A DNA stretch of 64,000 bases from Candidatus Multivoradales bacterium (GCA_965248925.1 CBDFLE010000006.1:448001-512000); one strand, 5' to 3'. Counted from the first letter of the stretch, positions 1 to 10,259 are shown. Notes: a model not told the origin generated them from the sequence alone. Numbers and translations: made by a program.

Positions 1-364
1 GTCCCGGCGTATGCAGGGCCTTGATTTCGATCTGGCCCACTTGGAAAGTGTCGCCGTCGCGCAGTAGCCGCACATCGTAATCGTCGCCTGCCGCCCACTC
101 GGACTGCCAATCAGGGCCTCCTTCAGCCGACAAGTAGAGCTTGGCGCCGGTCTGCTCGGCCAACTCGCGGGCGCCGGACAGAAAATCAGCGTGAATATGC
201 GTCTCGGCGATCGCCGTCAACCGCAGCCCTTCCTGGCGGACCAGCTCGATATAGCGGTCAACATCTCGCTCAGGGTCGATGATCAACGCCTCGCCGGTGC
301 GTTGACAGCCGATCAGGTAAGAGTATTGGGCCAGCTTGGGGTCGAAGATCTGCCGTAGAAGCAT
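1..364 (-). CDS. MBL-fold metallo-hydrolase (persulfide dioxygenase/glyoxalase II-like), 3' end outside window
   Basis: Manual translation from ATG at 364: MLLRQIFDPKLAQYSYLIGCQRTGEALIIDPERDVDRY...ETHIHADFLSGARELA...LHTPG; THxHAD and HTPG motifs. Confidence 0.9.
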   Translation of the reverse strand, partial: MLLRQIFDPKLAQYSYLIGCQRTGEALIIDPERDVDRYIELVRQEGLRLTAIAETHIHADFLSGARELAEQTGAKLYLSAEGGPDWQSEWAAGDDYDVRLLRDGDTFQVGQIEIKALHTPG

Positions 365-499
365 GCTCTATCCTCCGAGTTTTCGATGGGGTCGCTGCGA
401 GGTTACGAGGCAGTGTAGTACGGAGCGATCCAGTAAGAGGCAATCCAGTAGGAGGCGACCCGATCACATCCGGTCCGTTACCGAGGGACTGAAGATCTT

Positions 500-512
500 C
501 CCCCCCCCCCCC
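500..512. repeat. poly-C homopolymer (C13) abutting FNR-type box
   Basis: Run of 13 C read directly. Confidence 0.85.
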
Positions 513-513
513 A

Positions 514-527
514 TTGACCTGGGTCAA
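514..527. promoter_or_regulatory. FNR/DNR-type binding site
   Basis: TTGAC-CTGG-GTCAA, palindromic arms matching TTGAT-N4-ATCAA consensus, upstream of porin. Confidence 0.7.
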
Positions 528-662
528 GGAAACCGCGGACCCCGGTCAATAGCCTCCCTCCGAACACCGCGGCGCAGCCCCAGTGTTGTTGGTTGATCTC
601 TGCGCCCAGTCGGTCGATCCTGGCCAGAGAACCACTCCCTGAAGACTAATGAGGTCCCTGAG

Positions 663-1877
663 ATGATACAGAAAGCACTCCTACCAGCGGCTCTGGCCGC
701 CTTTCTGCTAGCCAGCCCAATCTTGGCGGCGGATCCCCCCGCGACGGTAGATGAGCGCCTGGAGCGTCTGGAACGGATGTTCGACAAGTTGGCCAGCGAG
801 AACGAGAGGCTGCGCCAAGAGAACGCCGAGCTGAAGGCCAAACAAGAGGACACCGACGAGAAGATCGAAGCCGTGGCCGACGCTCAACTCGCAGGCGGAA
901 GCAGCGCTGGCGCGGCCGAGAAGAGGCTGCACCTCGGTGGCTATGGCGAATTGCACTACAACAACCTCGACAGTAAAGAAGAGATCGACTTGCACCGCTT
1001 CGTAACCTACCTCGGCTACGACTTCTCCGACAGAACTCGGTTCTTCTCGGAACTCGAGGTCGAGCACTCGATCGCCGGTGACGGCAAGGCCGGCGAGGTC
1101 GAAGTGGAACAGGCCTACATCGAGCATGATCTCGATGACGACTCCAGCGTCAGATTCGGTCTGTTTCTGATTCCTGTTGGCATCGTCAACGAGACCCACG
1201 AGCCGCCGACCTTCTACGGCGTGGAACGTAACCCGGTAGAGAAAGACATCATCCCCGCCACCTGGTGGGAGGGTGGTGCCGGCTACACCCGGCGCTTTGC
1301 TGAAGGCTTGACCCTGGATCTGGCGCTGACCTCGGGTTTGAACACTCCGACCTCGGGCGGCAATGCATTCAAGATCCGCAACGGTCGACAGAAAGTGGGC
1401 AAGGCCAAGGCACAGAACTTCGCCTTCACCAGCCGACTGAAGTGGAGTGCAATCCCCGGCGTCGAAGTTGCCGCTACTTGCCAATACCAGGATGACCTCA
1501 CCCAAGGAGCGCTCGACGTCGACGCCACCCTCTTCGAGGTCCACACCGCCATCCAGAAAGGGGGCTTCGGTCTCCGCGCGCTCTACGCATTCTGGGATCT
1601 GAGCGGAGCCGAGCCGGAAGCGATTGGCCGCGACGAGCAAGAAGGCTTCTACATCGAGCCTTCGTTCAAGTTCGGCGACAAGTTTGGCATCTTCGCCCGC
1701 TACTCCGAATGGGACAACAACTCTGGCAGTCCGGCCGACACGACCAAAGAACAGACCGATTTCGGCTTCAACTACTGGCTCAACCCCAGCGTGGTGCTGA
1801 AGGCTGACTACATGGACCAGGGAGGCGCCGCCAACGACAGCGGCTTCAACCTGGGCGTCGGCTACAGCTTCCCCTGA
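663..1877 (+). CDS. outer-membrane beta-barrel porin (OprO/P-like) with N-terminal coiled coil
   Basis: Signal peptide, coiled coil, GGYGELHYNN, EVEVEQAY, HEPPTFYGVERN motifs, C-terminal LGVGYSF. Confidence 0.8.
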   Translation: MIQKALLPAALAAFLLASPILAADPPATVDERLERLERMFDKLASENERLRQENAELKAKQEDTDEKIEAVADAQLAGGSSAGAAEKRLHLGGYGELHYNNLDSKEEIDLHRFVTYLGYDFSDRTRFFSELEVEHSIAGDGKAGEVEVEQAYIEHDLDDDSSVRFGLFLIPVGIVNETHEPPTFYGVERNPVEKDIIPATWWEGGAGYTRRFAEGLTLDLALTSGLNTPTSGGNAFKIRNGRQKVGKAKAQNFAFTSRLKWSAIPGVEVAATCQYQDDLTQGALDVDATLFEVHTAIQKGGFGLRALYAFWDLSGAEPEAIGRDEQEGFYIEPSFKFGDKFGIFARYSEWDNNSGSPADTTKEQTDFGFNYWLNPSVVLKADYMDQGGAANDSGFNLGVGYSFP

Positions 1878-2216
1878 GACTGACGGCAGAAATTATCCAG
1901 CTAGACAGGTGACTGGCACCCTAGCTGAATAGTCCGAGCCATCACCAAGACGCCAAAGCAATCACCGCCTGGATCATCGCAACCCCGACCAAGTACTGTT
2001 GCTGCCTGAGCCGGGAATCGCTCGCCACCCTGTCGACCAAACTGCGGATCTCCCCCGCCAGCCGCAACTGGCCTGAAGCGTCCAATCCAAAGCTGAGCGT
2101 GCCAAAGATCAGACCGAACTTGCGACAACAAGGACAGAGCACCAACACATGATCTTCCCCAAAACGACCGATCTGGTCCGCGTCCGGGGTTGAGTCAGCA
2201 ACAGCCTGTTCTTCTA

Positions 2217-2340
2217 TTATCGCCGGTAGCGCAGAGAAATCGCCGCGTTGCGGCCGGGGCTGGTGTAGCGATCGAGAGACGACGAGTCCTGCTGCCTACC
2301 CAGGACGTTGAACCACTGCCAATGGGAGTTCCGCCGACGA
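2217..2340 (-). pseudogene. remnant C-terminus of a TonB-dependent haem/haemoglobin receptor
   Basis: ...HWQWFNVLGRQQDSSSLDRYTSPGRNAAISLRY resembles the terminal YWxWxxV..LDxYTxPGRN..SLxY motif; rest of gene absent. Confidence 0.45.
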
Positions 2341-2416
2341 CTACCGAACGAGTGGTTTGCTGCGTGCTTGCCGGTAGCGGCAAAGAGAAAGGACACGGGA
2401 TTTCTCCCGAAGGGCT

Positions 2417-3193
2417 TTACCGAAGGGGCGACACATCTGCCTGCGGGCCAGGACAGCCCCAGGAGCGTCCGCCGCAGAGGTTGCAGCATTTCTCGATCTC
2501 GAGGCTCTTGCGGTCGACAATGGCGATTGCCTCTCCGTCGAATCGGATGACGCTTCTGGCCCGCAAGCGGGCCAGCACTCGCGACAGGGTTTCTGGCTTG
2601 ATGGTCAATCGTGACGCCAGAATGTGCTTGGGTACTCCCAGAGTGAACCGATCACCGGCTTGAGCAATGTCGGCTTGCTGAAGCAAGTAGGCCAGTACCC
2701 TCTGGGTGGCGGTCTGGAGGGTGATCTGCTCGATCTCGTCCAGCAAAAAGCTCTCGCGGCGACGCAGCGTCGCCATCAGCTTGAAGCACAGCTCAACAGA
2801 GTCATTCATCAGCAAACGCAACTGCTGGTTGTCAAAGGCCATCAACGAACAGTCCGCCACCGCCCTGGCATTCAGCGTGTAGCGCCCGTCGGGAATGAAG
2901 ACTGGCCCTTCACCAAAAGTCTCTCCAGGCTCGATGACCGCGAAGATCTTCTCCTCGCCAGCCTCCGACTCGCGAAACAAGACAATACGGCCGCTGCTGA
3001 CGACATAAAACCGCTCGGCCAAGTCACCCTGGGCGTACAACCACTCGCCACGGCGTAGCTCGACCGGCCGCATCGAGCCCAACATCTTCTGCCTCTGCTC
3101 GCCATCAAGATCTTCGAAGAGGTAAATGTCGTGGCTCAGATCGGCGGTGCCGCCAATGCCCTCCACCTCCAAGGCTAGAGGTTGTCGGGACAT
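2417..3193 (-). CDS. Crp/Fnr family transcriptional regulator (Dnr-like) with C-terminal Cys cluster; start uncertain (ORF extends to 3313)
   Basis: cNMP-binding fold (LYAQGD..FYVVSSG, PGETFGE), HTH LASRLTIKPETLSRVL, tail CCNLCGGRSWGC. Confidence 0.88.
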   Translation of the reverse strand: MSRQPLALEVEGIGGTADLSHDIYLFEDLDGEQRQKMLGSMRPVELRRGEWLYAQGDLAERFYVVSSGRIVLFRESEAGEEKIFAVIEPGETFGEGPVFIPDGRYTLNARAVADCSLMAFDNQQLRLLMNDSVELCFKLMATLRRRESFLLDEIEQITLQTATQRVLAYLLQQADIAQAGDRFTLGVPKHILASRLTIKPETLSRVLARLRARSVIRFDGEAIAIVDRKSLEIEKCCNLCGGRSWGCPGPQADVSPLR

Positions 3194-3315
3194 CGTGCCG
3201 GCAGCCTCTAGCATCGGCCTGCCCCCTCTGCCACGGTAGAGCCTTGACCGGGAGCGGTGCGCTGGGACTTGAAGGTTGGTCGCATGGTTGGCGTAGTCCA
3301 GGTTCTCGAACAATT

Positions 3316-3334
3316 ATTGAGAATTAGTCTCAAT
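3316..3334. promoter_or_regulatory. Fur-family box
   Basis: ATTGAGA-ATTAG-TCTCAAT 19-bp AT-rich palindrome upstream of the Crp/Fnr gene. Confidence 0.55.
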
Positions 3335-3598
3335 TGATAGCCAAAACAAAAGGCCGCGGGCGGCGCTGGTGGTCATCGGCGAGCCGCAGCAGGGCACGGA
3401 ACTCACCCTGCGGCTGGCAACGGTGGCGCTCACAGATGGTTCTTGGGCCGGTGGCTTGATCACGATGGGATGGCTTCAAAATAGGCATGGTGTCAGAGAG
3501 ATTTCATTCTGAAACGATGCGGTCGTGTTTGTCAAATCCGACTATTGGGAGTCGCGCCCGCTAGAGATGTCACTAGCGGTCTGAGTAGGGATATGACT

Positions 3599-3653
3599 GG
3601 CACCCCACTTCGGCACCCCACTTCGGCAGCACCCCACCTCGGCACCCCACCTC
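3599..3653. repeat. short tandem repeat, about 4 x GGCACCCCAC(T/C)TC
   Basis: ggcaccccacttcggcaccccacttcggcagcaccccacctcggcaccccacctc. Confidence 0.8.
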
Positions 3654-3690
3654 CTTCGCCAACAAGCCATCCCGAGAAGGGGCCACTCTC

Positions 3691-3704
3691 TTGACCTGGA
3701 TCAA
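3691..3704. promoter_or_regulatory. FNR/DNR-type binding site
   Basis: TTGAC-CTGG-ATCAA, 13/14 identical to the box at 514. Confidence 0.7.
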
Positions 3705-3784
3705 GGGAACAGCGATCAGTCGGTAGTAGTTTCTCTCTAAGTCGACCCAGAGACTGCTAACGTCCCGCTGGTAAAGTCCGGAAT

Positions 3785-4345
3785 GTGAGTTCGCCTATGT
3801 ACCGCTACTTCTTCAGCATCTGCACGATCCTGGCCCTGGCTCTTGCCGTGGCCGCCAAGCCTGCCGGGTCGGGGCAGGGTATTTATCAAGAACCTACGGA
3901 TTTCCTGGACGAGGTCTTCGCGGGTGAGCCGCCGGCTTCGGAGGTTCTGTGGATCACCAAGGCGCTGCGCCCGGAGGTCGAACGTATCCTCGGACATGGC
4001 TTGGGAGCGCTGCGCGTGCGCTACTGGCGCCACGCCGAACGCACCGCTTGGATTCTCGATGAGGTCGGCAAGGACAAGCCCATCACCACCGGGGTCGTAG
4101 TCCATCAGGGGCAGATCGAACGCACCAAGGTGCTGGTTTTTCGCGAGTCTCGGGGCTGGGAGGTTCGCTACCCAGCTTTCGTGGCGCAATTCAGCGGCGC
4201 CAAGTTGGCAGTGGGCGGACTGGATCGCCATATCGACGGCATTACCGGCGCCACACTGTCGGTGCGGGCGGTGAGCAAGGTAGCGCACCTCGCCCTGTAC
4301 TTCCATCAGCGAGTCACCGCTCCGCGGGACGCTGTATCGGGATGA
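3785..4345 (+). CDS. FMN-binding (flavinylated) extracytoplasmic protein
   Basis: Signal peptide; GKDKPIT, FRESRGWEV and flavinylation motif DGITGATLS. Confidence 0.85.
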   Translation: MSSPMYRYFFSICTILALALAVAAKPAGSGQGIYQEPTDFLDEVFAGEPPASEVLWITKALRPEVERILGHGLGALRVRYWRHAERTAWILDEVGKDKPITTGVVVHQGQIERTKVLVFRESRGWEVRYPAFVAQFSGAKLAVGGLDRHIDGITGATLSVRAVSKVAHLALYFHQRVTAPRDAVSG

Positions 4346-5136
4346 TCCTCCGCCCACGAGGCTACCGCTCGAACTATCGCTCCAAGCGCCGCACCTTCCG
4401 CCGGCTACATCGCTACGCCGGTCTGACGGCCGCTCTGCTGGTGGTGCTGCTGGCGACTACCGGCCTGCTGCTCAACCACAGCGCGCGGCTGCGACTCGGC
4501 TCTCGCCACATCGGATTCGCGCCTCTCCTCGCTTGGTACAACCTCGACGATACGCCGGAAATCAAGAGCTTCGGCCTAGGCAAGAGCTGGGTGAGCTGTG
4601 TCGGCGGGGCGATCTTCATCGGTCGCCAGCCGCTGCAGGCGGTCGCTGGCTGTCCAGTCGGAGTGGTCAAGGCGGCCGAGATGTGGGTTGTGGCGACTCC
4701 GCATGAGCTTGTCCTGCTGACCGCCGACGGGGAATTGATCGAGCGCCTGGGCTCGGCCACCGGGGTGCCCCAAGGAATCTCGGCCCTGGGAACTCTCCCA
4801 GGTGCAACTCTGGCGCTGGCCACCACCAACGGCTGGCACAGCGCCGACCTTGAACTGCTGCACTGGCAACATCTGGACTCGGACGCGAAGGTGATCTGGA
4901 GCCGGCCAGGCAGCACCCCGACAGAACTCCGGGACGAGTTGCTCGAAACTTACCGCGGTCCTGGTTTGACCCTCGAGCGCTTGGTTCAGGATCTCCACAG
5001 TGGCCGGCTTTTCGGCCGCTGGGGCACGCTGGTGATGGACGCCACCGCCGTGCTCTGTCTGATCCTGGTGGTCAGCGGGCTAGTGCTGTGGCGTCAAGGC
5101 GGCGGCGCCATGAAACCGCCGCCACCCAGCTTCTAA
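4342..5136 (+). CDS. PepSY-associated TM helix protein
   Basis: RRLHRYAGL..ATTGLLLNH and DLHSGRLFG motifs; ATGA overlap with upstream gene. Confidence 0.85.
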   Translation: MILRPRGYRSNYRSKRRTFRRLHRYAGLTAALLVVLLATTGLLLNHSARLRLGSRHIGFAPLLAWYNLDDTPEIKSFGLGKSWVSCVGGAIFIGRQPLQAVAGCPVGVVKAAEMWVVATPHELVLLTADGELIERLGSATGVPQGISALGTLPGATLALATTNGWHSADLELLHWQHLDSDAKVIWSRPGSTPTELRDELLETYRGPGLTLERLVQDLHSGRLFGRWGTLVMDATAVLCLILVVSGLVLWRQGGGAMKPPPPSF

Positions 5137-5227
5137 GACTCCACGGCGGCGGCGGACAATGCGCCGAAACCACCCCCTCGGCAAAGTAGTCCAACCTCTC
5201 TGAAACCCACCCCCGGTAGCCGGATAT

Positions 5228-6007
5228 TCAACTGCCGGCCGAATCGCGAAAATAGTGCCCAGGAGCCTCGCCAAGGAGGCGTCGGAACATGGCGATGAAG
5301 GCGCTGGTACCACTGAAGCCGACAGCCAGCGCGATCGAGGTCACCGACTCGCCAGCGGCGAGCCGTCGCAGAGCCTCGAGCAGTCGCACCTGCTGGCGCC
5401 AGCGACCGAAAGTCATCCTGGTCTCGCGGCGGAAGAGCCGCTCCAGGGTTCGCGCGCTAGCCCCGCTTCCTGGCGCCAGATCGAGCAGAGACCCAGCCCA
5501 CGCCGGATCGGCGACAACCATCTTCGCGACGAACCGAGCACGAGGGTCGCGAGGCCAGGTGATGAGTAACGGCTCCTCGGGAGTCAGCCGGATCTGATCC
5601 ACCAGCACCGCCGCCAGGCGCCCCTGCTCCACCATGTCGTCGCGCAGCATGCCGAGTCGGATGACTTCGAGCAACAACTCTCGGAGCAGCGCCGACACCG
5701 ACAAGATAGAGCAGGTCTGGGGCAGAGCCACGCCAAGGTCAGGGCGCAGGTAAAGCGTTCGCAAGCGGACGCTGCCGGTGGTCGCGATCCCGTGCTGGGT
5801 TCCACCAGGCACCCAGGCTGCCCGGTGTGAGGGGACAACCCAGGAGCCGACCTCGGTTTCAACCGTCATTACGCCTTCGGTGGCATAAACCAACTGGCCC
5901 CACGGATGGCGATGGTTGTCTATGCGATAGCCGGCAGGCAGACGGAGGGCTAGCGAGCGAACCATGATCCGCTCTTCTGGTCCTTCGGACTGTCGTTCTT
6001 GCGACAT
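5228..6007 (-). CDS. AraC family transcriptional regulator (cupin + HTH)
   Basis: HRHPWGQL, ASARTLERLF..FGRWRQQ, SAFIAMFRR. Confidence 0.93.
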   Translation of the reverse strand: MSQERQSEGPEERIMVRSLALRLPAGYRIDNHRHPWGQLVYATEGVMTVETEVGSWVVPSHRAAWVPGGTQHGIATTGSVRLRTLYLRPDLGVALPQTCSILSVSALLRELLLEVIRLGMLRDDMVEQGRLAAVLVDQIRLTPEEPLLITWPRDPRARFVAKMVVADPAWAGSLLDLAPGSGASARTLERLFRRETRMTFGRWRQQVRLLEALRRLAAGESVTSIALAVGFSGTSAFIAMFRRLLGEAPGHYFRDSAGS

Positions 6008-6095
6008 AACTTGGCAGAATAGCGCAAGTCAGCCAACACTGCTAAACCCTACAATGCCAAGGAACCCTCCGACAAGCCCGGCAGAGGAGCCATCG

Positions 6096-6470
6096 ATGCC
6101 CAATGACATAGCCCATTTCGCTATTCACGCCGACGATTGCCAGCGCGCCAAAACCTTCTACGAATCGGTCTTTGGTTGGACCTTCGAGCCCTGGGGACCG
6201 CCCAACTTCTGGCGCATCCACACCAGCCCAGGAGCGATTCACGGTGCCCTCCAGGAACGCCGGCAACCCGTCTCTGGGCCGGGCATGATCGGCTACGAGT
6301 GCTCGATCTCAGTGACCGACGTCAAGAACATCGCCAAGGCGATCAACGCCCATGGCGACCAAACCACTATGCCACCCTGCGAAATCGAGGGAGTAGGAAC
6401 CTTGGTCATGTTCCAAGACACCGAAGGCAACGTGGCGGGCGCGATGCAATACTTGGCGGGGGTACTCTGA
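6096..6470 (+). CDS. VOC/glyoxalase family protein
   Basis: HFAIHADD..RAKTFYESVFGW, FQDTEGN; GAGGAG RBS. Confidence 0.9.
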   Translation: MPNDIAHFAIHADDCQRAKTFYESVFGWTFEPWGPPNFWRIHTSPGAIHGALQERRQPVSGPGMIGYECSISVTDVKNIAKAINAHGDQTTMPPCEIEGVGTLVMFQDTEGNVAGAMQYLAGVL

Positions 6471-6819
6471 AGCGATCGCGAACTTCACGAGATCACCACC
6501 CCATCCTGACCCGAGGCTCACCGACCCTTGGCCGCTGTAAGTCCTACGATGCTTCCTGCCCCCCGGCCAGAAGGGCTACGTCAGCTGCTACGGGTCGACT
6601 TCCGGATGGGCCTATGTGGCCTGCGGTTCCTGCCCGTCGGACAGCTGCAACAAGAAAAGTAGCTAGAACTTTGGTTTGGGCGGCAGCGGCCAGCAGGTCC
6701 GCCACCGCAACCCTTGTTCATCGGGTAGAGCCTGCCATTGGCGCCCTGAGTCACAATCGCCCGGGGCGCACAGTTTCGTGCCTGTGCCAGGTGAGTCAGA
6801 CCCGATCCGCAGAGCTTCC

Positions 6820-7443
6820 CTACCGCTGACGGCAATCAGCGCAGAAGGTCTTGCCAGTGCGCACATGGTAGACCGCGACCTGCCCCGCATCGATCGCCGC
6901 GGCACAACCATCGCAGAGGGTACCGACGGTCAGTTTGGTGCTCTCGTAGCCCTCGAAAGGCACTTCCACACCAGCAACTCGGCGGGCATTCGGCCGATCC
7001 TTGACAATCGCCCGGCGGAAAATCTCGTCAAGGTCACGAATACGGCGGGCCATCTCGGGCGCGACGCCGTGACTTAACAGACAGTCGCGCATCACATCTT
7101 CCCGGTAGTCGAAGAGTTCGTCAGAAATCACCATCCAGTGGTGCGCGTTGCGCGGATGGTTGCCCAGGTAATTGCGCGCACCGGTGAAGGTGGAGTGCAT
7201 AAAGTTGAATTGCTTGTCGATCGCCCAGCTGATCTGCACCCCTTCAAAGAAGGGTGCGAGGCGGTCATCGGCATAGACCCGGCGGTAAAAATCCTCAAGA
7301 ATGCGGCGCAGCCCAGAGCGGCCTCCCAGAGCCTCCAGCAGCTCGGGATCCGGCGCCAGCCGTCCGCCGCGGGTTTTACCCTGCCAGGCCGCGGGGTCAC
7401 CAGGGTCGGGAATCGAGAATGTCTCGGGGGTAGCTGATTTCAT
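6820..7443 (-). CDS. group 1 truncated haemoglobin with C-terminal CxxC..CxxC domain
   Basis: LGG..GLRRILEDFYRRVYADDRLAPFF, KQ, HHWMVIS; CDGC and CADC. Confidence 0.8.
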   Translation of the reverse strand: MKSATPETFSIPDPGDPAAWQGKTRGGRLAPDPELLEALGGRSGLRRILEDFYRRVYADDRLAPFFEGVQISWAIDKQFNFMHSTFTGARNYLGNHPRNAHHWMVISDELFDYREDVMRDCLLSHGVAPEMARRIRDLDEIFRRAIVKDRPNARRVAGVEVPFEGYESTKLTVGTLCDGCAAAIDAGQVAVYHVRTGKTFCADCRQR

Positions 7444-7815
7444 AGCAGACGCATCATACCGCAGCAGACAACAATGATCGACCCGTCCCACGGCGCTGAT
7501 CAGCGGCACGGTCGGCGGCACTGCCGACTTTGGCCGTTCGCGGGCCGATGTCGATGATGCTGTGGTACTGATCGAGAAAGGCAGGATTACCGCCTTTGGC
7601 TCAGTGCGATCACTCGCACTTGGTACTTTCAATCAGCGGTTTCATGGCCTCGAACCGCCGTAGCTCGGCAGCACAATACGATCACAAATGGCCGCGAAAA
7701 AACTTGAACGGGCGCCGAGCCATTTTCTTGGTTGATACCTCAGCATGGACAAATGAGCGGCAAGGGACTCTCCTGAAAGTCCTACCTCGAAGCCCAAGCC
7801 ACTGTCGACATAAAC

Positions 7816-10182
7816 TCAGAACGACCACTTCAACATCAGGCTGAGGTCGCGACCGGGCAACGGCGCGACATTCTTCAGCAACGAAGTATGGCTGCGAGCC
7901 TGCTGATCACTGAGATTGCGCCCGCGCAGCAGCAGGTCAACAATCTGCTGGCGCAACACCAAGCGATAACCCAGGCTGGCGTTGAGCGAGGTGTAGCCGC
8001 GACTGGGATCTTCGTTTTCGGCCACGGCAGTCTGGGAATCGACCCAACGAACCTCCGCCGTCGCGTTCCACAACTCGCTGTGGTAGTGCAGGCTGCCACC
8101 CAGCCGCAGAGGCGGGATGCGTGGCAAATTGCCACCACGGTCAAGCTCGGCGTCCACCAGATCGCCAACCAGCTCCAGGTGCAGGTGGTGCTGGTCTCGC
8201 TCCCAGAGTTCTAACCGGGCTTTCATCTCAGCTCCGCTGAAACGGGCATCGGCCTGGCTGAAAAGCACCACCGGCAGGCCCTCCTCAACCGCGCCGGTGA
8301 AAGCCTGAAAAATGAAGTCGTCGAAGTTCTGGCGAAAGAGAGTGAGCTCTCCCGATCCGCGCTCGGTCTCTACCCGAAATGACAGGTCGAGCCCCAGGCC
8401 AACCTCTTTAGTGAGCCGCGGATCGCCGATCTCAAAAGTCTGAGTGGCCGCGTGCAAACCCCGCGAGTAGAGCTCTTCGGCGGCCGCCAATTTGATCGAT
8501 CGGGAGGCCGAGAGAGCTAGCGAAAATACCTCGTTGGTCCGCCAAACCAGACCCAAGGAGGCGCTTAGGCCATCCTGCGAACGAGCCGGCAAGAGAGAGG
8601 CCGCTGTCGGCTTCGCGTCTTGCTGCTCGAAGCGGCCGCCGAACTGCCAAGTCAGCGGGCCGCTGTCGATCTCTTGCAAAACGAACAACGCCCAACGCTC
8701 GGTGGTGGTGCGGGGCAGAAATGCCTCGTCGCCGATCGCTTCGAAATCGCTGTCGGTGAAGTGCAGGCCAAAGGAGCCGCTGTACCTCCGTCCACCGACG
8801 GCGACCCGGGCCTGCTGCACGAGTTCCAAGCGAGCCTCCACAGAATCGTTGAAGAAGAAAGTGCCTTCCCGATCTCCTTCGAGCTCGACATGCTCATAGT
8901 CGGTGATACCAAGACGGACCTTCAGGCCCTCGAAACCGGTGCAGGGCTGCTTGAGCTGGGCGCGGAGGTCGAAGCGGCGTTGTTGCATGTCGATGCGCAC
9001 CGTTTCCTCACCTGCGCCTGGCGCCGACCTGCCGGGTAGACCGTAGGAGGAGTCGAAGCTGCTCAGCGCCACGCCCGCAAAGCCCCGATCACCAAAGAAT
9101 CGAGTCATCCCGAGGCGCCCGCCCTGGCTGTCGAGATCAGTGTTGGGCACAGAGCCGAAAGGGGGCTCCTCGGCACCGTTCCGGCCCAGCCGGGCAGCGC
9201 CGGGAATCTTGTAGTCGTCGGCCTGGCGAGCGATCAAATCAGCATGCCAGGCCCAGCTGCCCCGGCCGCCATCGAGCTTGGCCGACCCCAGCCGCTCGTC
9301 GCTGACCGTGCCAGCCCGCAGCTCGACCCCGCCGTGAAGGCCGGTGCTGCGACTTGAGGGAATCCGCTGGTCAATCACGTTAATCACCCCGCCGACGGCG
9401 CTCGAACCATAAAGCAGGGTGGCCGGTCCCCGCACCACCTCGATACGTTCAGCCGATCCTGGATCGGTGGCGACGGCGTGGTCGGCACTCACCCCGGAAG
9501 CGTCGCCGGTGCCAATACCTCCCTCGAGCATCCGTACCCGGTCGCCCCCCAAACCGCGAATGATCGGCCGACTGGCACCGGGACCGAAGAAGGTCGAGCT
9601 GATGCCAGGCTCGCCGGATAGGGTCTCGCCAAGGCTCGATTGGCTGCGCAGAGCGAGTGCCTGACCGCTCAGACTGGTGACCGGCGCGGCGAGCTCTAAC
9701 GGATCGCGGGCATTGGCCGAGGCCGAAACCACGATCTCCTCGAAATGGCTGCCCGGCTTGAGCTTGATCTCGATCACGGTTTCCTCGCCGGCCCGCACTT
9801 CGAGCCGCTCAACGGCGGTGCCAAGGCTCGGTATCCGCACCTCTAGTAAGTAGGCGCCCGGACGGACGGCAGGAAAGTGGAAAGAACCATCCGCCGCCAC
9901 CTCTACCTTCAGCGCCAGGTCGGGAATCGCGGCGGTGGCCAGCACCAGGTCATGGTCATGAGTCGGCTTCACCCGGCCCGCTACCGAGCCAGCCCGCGAA
10001 CCCACCACGGGCAAGCCAATCACCGGCCGGACGAGAGCCGCGAAAGAGAGAGCAAGCAACAGATAGGCGAGCGATGAAGCTCGCCGCGGCGATTTCAGAG
10101 TAGAGCTATTCATCATTTGAGTTCCCAGGCGAGAAGGTCTCGCATCTATTCGAAGTGGCCGCCACCGATGGGCATCGGTCAA
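7816..10182 (-). CDS. TonB-dependent receptor, ZnuD-like (start uncertain)
   Basis: SLGETL..PGISSTFFGPGASRPIIRGL, DHAV, IEVVRGPATLLYGS, PLPGR..W-x-F terminus. Confidence 0.92.
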   Translation of the reverse strand: MTDAHRWRPLRIDARPSRLGTQMMNSSTLKSPRRASSLAYLLLALSFAALVRPVIGLPVVGSRAGSVAGRVKPTHDHDLVLATAAIPDLALKVEVAADGSFHFPAVRPGAYLLEVRIPSLGTAVERLEVRAGEETVIEIKLKPGSHFEEIVVSASANARDPLELAAPVTSLSGQALALRSQSSLGETLSGEPGISSTFFGPGASRPIIRGLGGDRVRMLEGGIGTGDASGVSADHAVATDPGSAERIEVVRGPATLLYGSSAVGGVINVIDQRIPSSRSTGLHGGVELRAGTVSDERLGSAKLDGGRGSWAWHADLIARQADDYKIPGAARLGRNGAEEPPFGSVPNTDLDSQGGRLGMTRFFGDRGFAGVALSSFDSSYGLPGRSAPGAGEETVRIDMQQRRFDLRAQLKQPCTGFEGLKVRLGITDYEHVELEGDREGTFFFNDSVEARLELVQQARVAVGGRRYSGSFGLHFTDSDFEAIGDEAFLPRTTTERWALFVLQEIDSGPLTWQFGGRFEQQDAKPTAASLLPARSQDGLSASLGLVWRTNEVFSLALSASRSIKLAAAEELYSRGLHAATQTFEIGDPRLTKEVGLGLDLSFRVETERGSGELTLFRQNFDDFIFQAFTGAVEEGLPVVLFSQADARFSGAEMKARLELWERDQHHLHLELVGDLVDAELDRGGNLPRIPPLRLGGSLHYHSELWNATAEVRWVDSQTAVAENEDPSRGYTSLNASLGYRLVLRQQIVDLLLRGRNLSDQQARSHTSLLKNVAPLPGRDLSLMLKWSF

Positions 10183-10259
10183 CGCGACAGCTAGGGATCA
10201 GGCAATACCTCGCGAGGTCGGGAAAGACCGCGAAGCCAGGACGTAGGCTAGGAAACTCG

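Noticed and set aside
3350-3440. Histidine kinase C-terminal remnant (GEPQQGTELTLRL)
   Set aside because: Too short to support
3599-3653. CRISPR or iteron array
   Set aside because: 13-bp tandem units without spacers and no rep gene; simple minisatellite
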